Both the position numbers and the translations under genes were made by a program. Positions 63,518 through 64,000 of a stretch of DNA of 64,000 bases are shown here, piece after piece. The stretch covers positions 39,622-103,621 of the forward strand of contig JADZAE010000077.1 of NCBI GenBank assembly GCA_020852715.1. The letters are read 5' to 3'. Each line of letters begins with the position of its first letter. Position 1 is the stretch's first letter. This stretch comes from Deltaproteobacteria bacterium. GTDB taxonomy: Bacteria > Bdellovibrionota_C > UBA2361 > SZUA-149 > JADZAE01. The notes under the pieces are model-generated. The model was not told where the DNA came from, did no database searches, and was given only the letters and a program-made list of their open reading frames with translations.

Positions 63518-64000
63518 TTAGCTAAAAATTCCTCGGCGCACCCCGGCACCGGCAGCAAATCCTAGCACTGCTAAGATAGAAACCACTGAAGTTCCCCCGT
63601 AGCTAACTAAAGGCAGCGTTATACCAACGACCGGCAATATTCCGATAACCATTCCCATATTAATGAAGGCATGCCAAAAAACATAACAGGCAGTGCCCAC
63701 GCAAATAAACATTCCATAACCATCCGAAGCTCTGTTAGCCAGCATACAAAGCCGTAAAATCAGTAAGACATACATAGCAATCAACGCAGCCGCTCCAACA
63801 AAACCCCATTCCTCGGCCAACACAGAAAAGATAAAATCAGTTGTCTGCTCAGGCAGAAAGCGAAGCTGAGTCTGCGTGCCCTTCAAATAGCCTTTGCCCA
63901 AAAGCTGTCCGGATCCAACAGCGATTTTGGATTGGATGGCATGATACCCAGTACCCATCGGATCAAGCTCCGGCGATAAGAAATTTCGCACTCGATTTTT
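63518..64000 (-). CDS. SEDS-family peptidoglycan glycosyltransferase (FtsW/RodA), C-terminal part. The N-terminus is beyond the window end.
   Basis: ...GYHAIQSKIAVGSGQLLGKGYLKGTQTQLRFLPEQTTDFIFSVLAEEWGFVGA... conserved SEDS C-terminus. Confidence 0.85.
   Translation of the reverse strand, partial: KNRVRNFLSPELDPMGTGYHAIQSKIAVGSGQLLGKGYLKGTQTQLRFLPEQTTDFIFSVLAEEWGFVGAAALIAMYVLLILRLCMLANRASDGYGMFICVGTACYVFWHAFINMGMVIGILPVVGITLPLVSYGGTSVVSILAVLGFAAGAGVRRGIFS

Overview
This 64-kb window is a bacterial chromosomal segment of moderate GC content, roughly low-40s % by eye. Intact housekeeping genes sit beside many decayed genes and small mobile or repetitive elements. Features called from motifs I recognise in the ORF translations: no similarity search was run.

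Intact core genes include a co-oriented minus-strand block minC-minD-minE-folD-gcvT-gcvH-gcvP, pheS and pheT (archaeal/eukaryal-type: long alpha, short beta), rplT and rpmI, a tRNA-Val(GAC), thrS (lacking the N-terminal TGS domain), argG, aguA and aguB, carD, rimI, proC, maf, a DAHP synthase, a LivK-like solute-binding protein, yggT and a partial SEDS (FtsW/RodA) gene. There is also a signalling island: an HDOD-domain protein, a PAS histidine kinase, a PNP/UDP-family enzyme, a DUF218 protein and a SAM-methyltransferase-like protein. Nearby are a REC-like protein plus a REC-PP2C phosphatase, and a stand-alone sCache_2 sensor.

About 15 genes are interrupted by in-frame TGA, TAG or TAA codons and/or frameshifts. 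These include a type-2 IleRS whose HIGH and KMSKS motifs are degenerate, a TrpRS, a PreA/DPD-like gene, a methyl-accepting chemotaxis protein, a TMTC-like DUF1736+TPR glycosyltransferase, a secreted HExxH protease-like gene and a YedJ-like HD hydrolase. Intact genes end with all three stop codons, so this looks like pseudogenisation rather than stop-codon reassignment.

Mobile and repeat content: an ISL3 transposase remnant; a roughly 219-bp MITE with Tn5/IS50-like 19-bp terminal inverted repeats and an 8-bp target-site duplication, inserted into another palindromic element; a solo IS50-like end; a Y1 (HUH) IS200/RayT-like transposase flanked by clusters of a REP-like palindrome (consensus near CTGGTGCAGGGCACCA) that recurs in at least four intergenic clusters; and several other palindrome and direct-repeat families.

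The most unusual items are: (i) a conserved leader element, a hairpin followed by GAGATAAG and AAGGTTTAAAG, present three times, twice in front of paralogous genes for unknown 140-aa proteins; (ii) a tandemly duplicated small-gene cassette on the minus strand, each copy having a 55-bp palindrome next to the start codon and a GGAGGTTTT/AAAACCTCC hairpin after the stop; and (iii) a tandem pair of genes for Cys-rich secreted proteins. No CRISPR array or rRNA was found.
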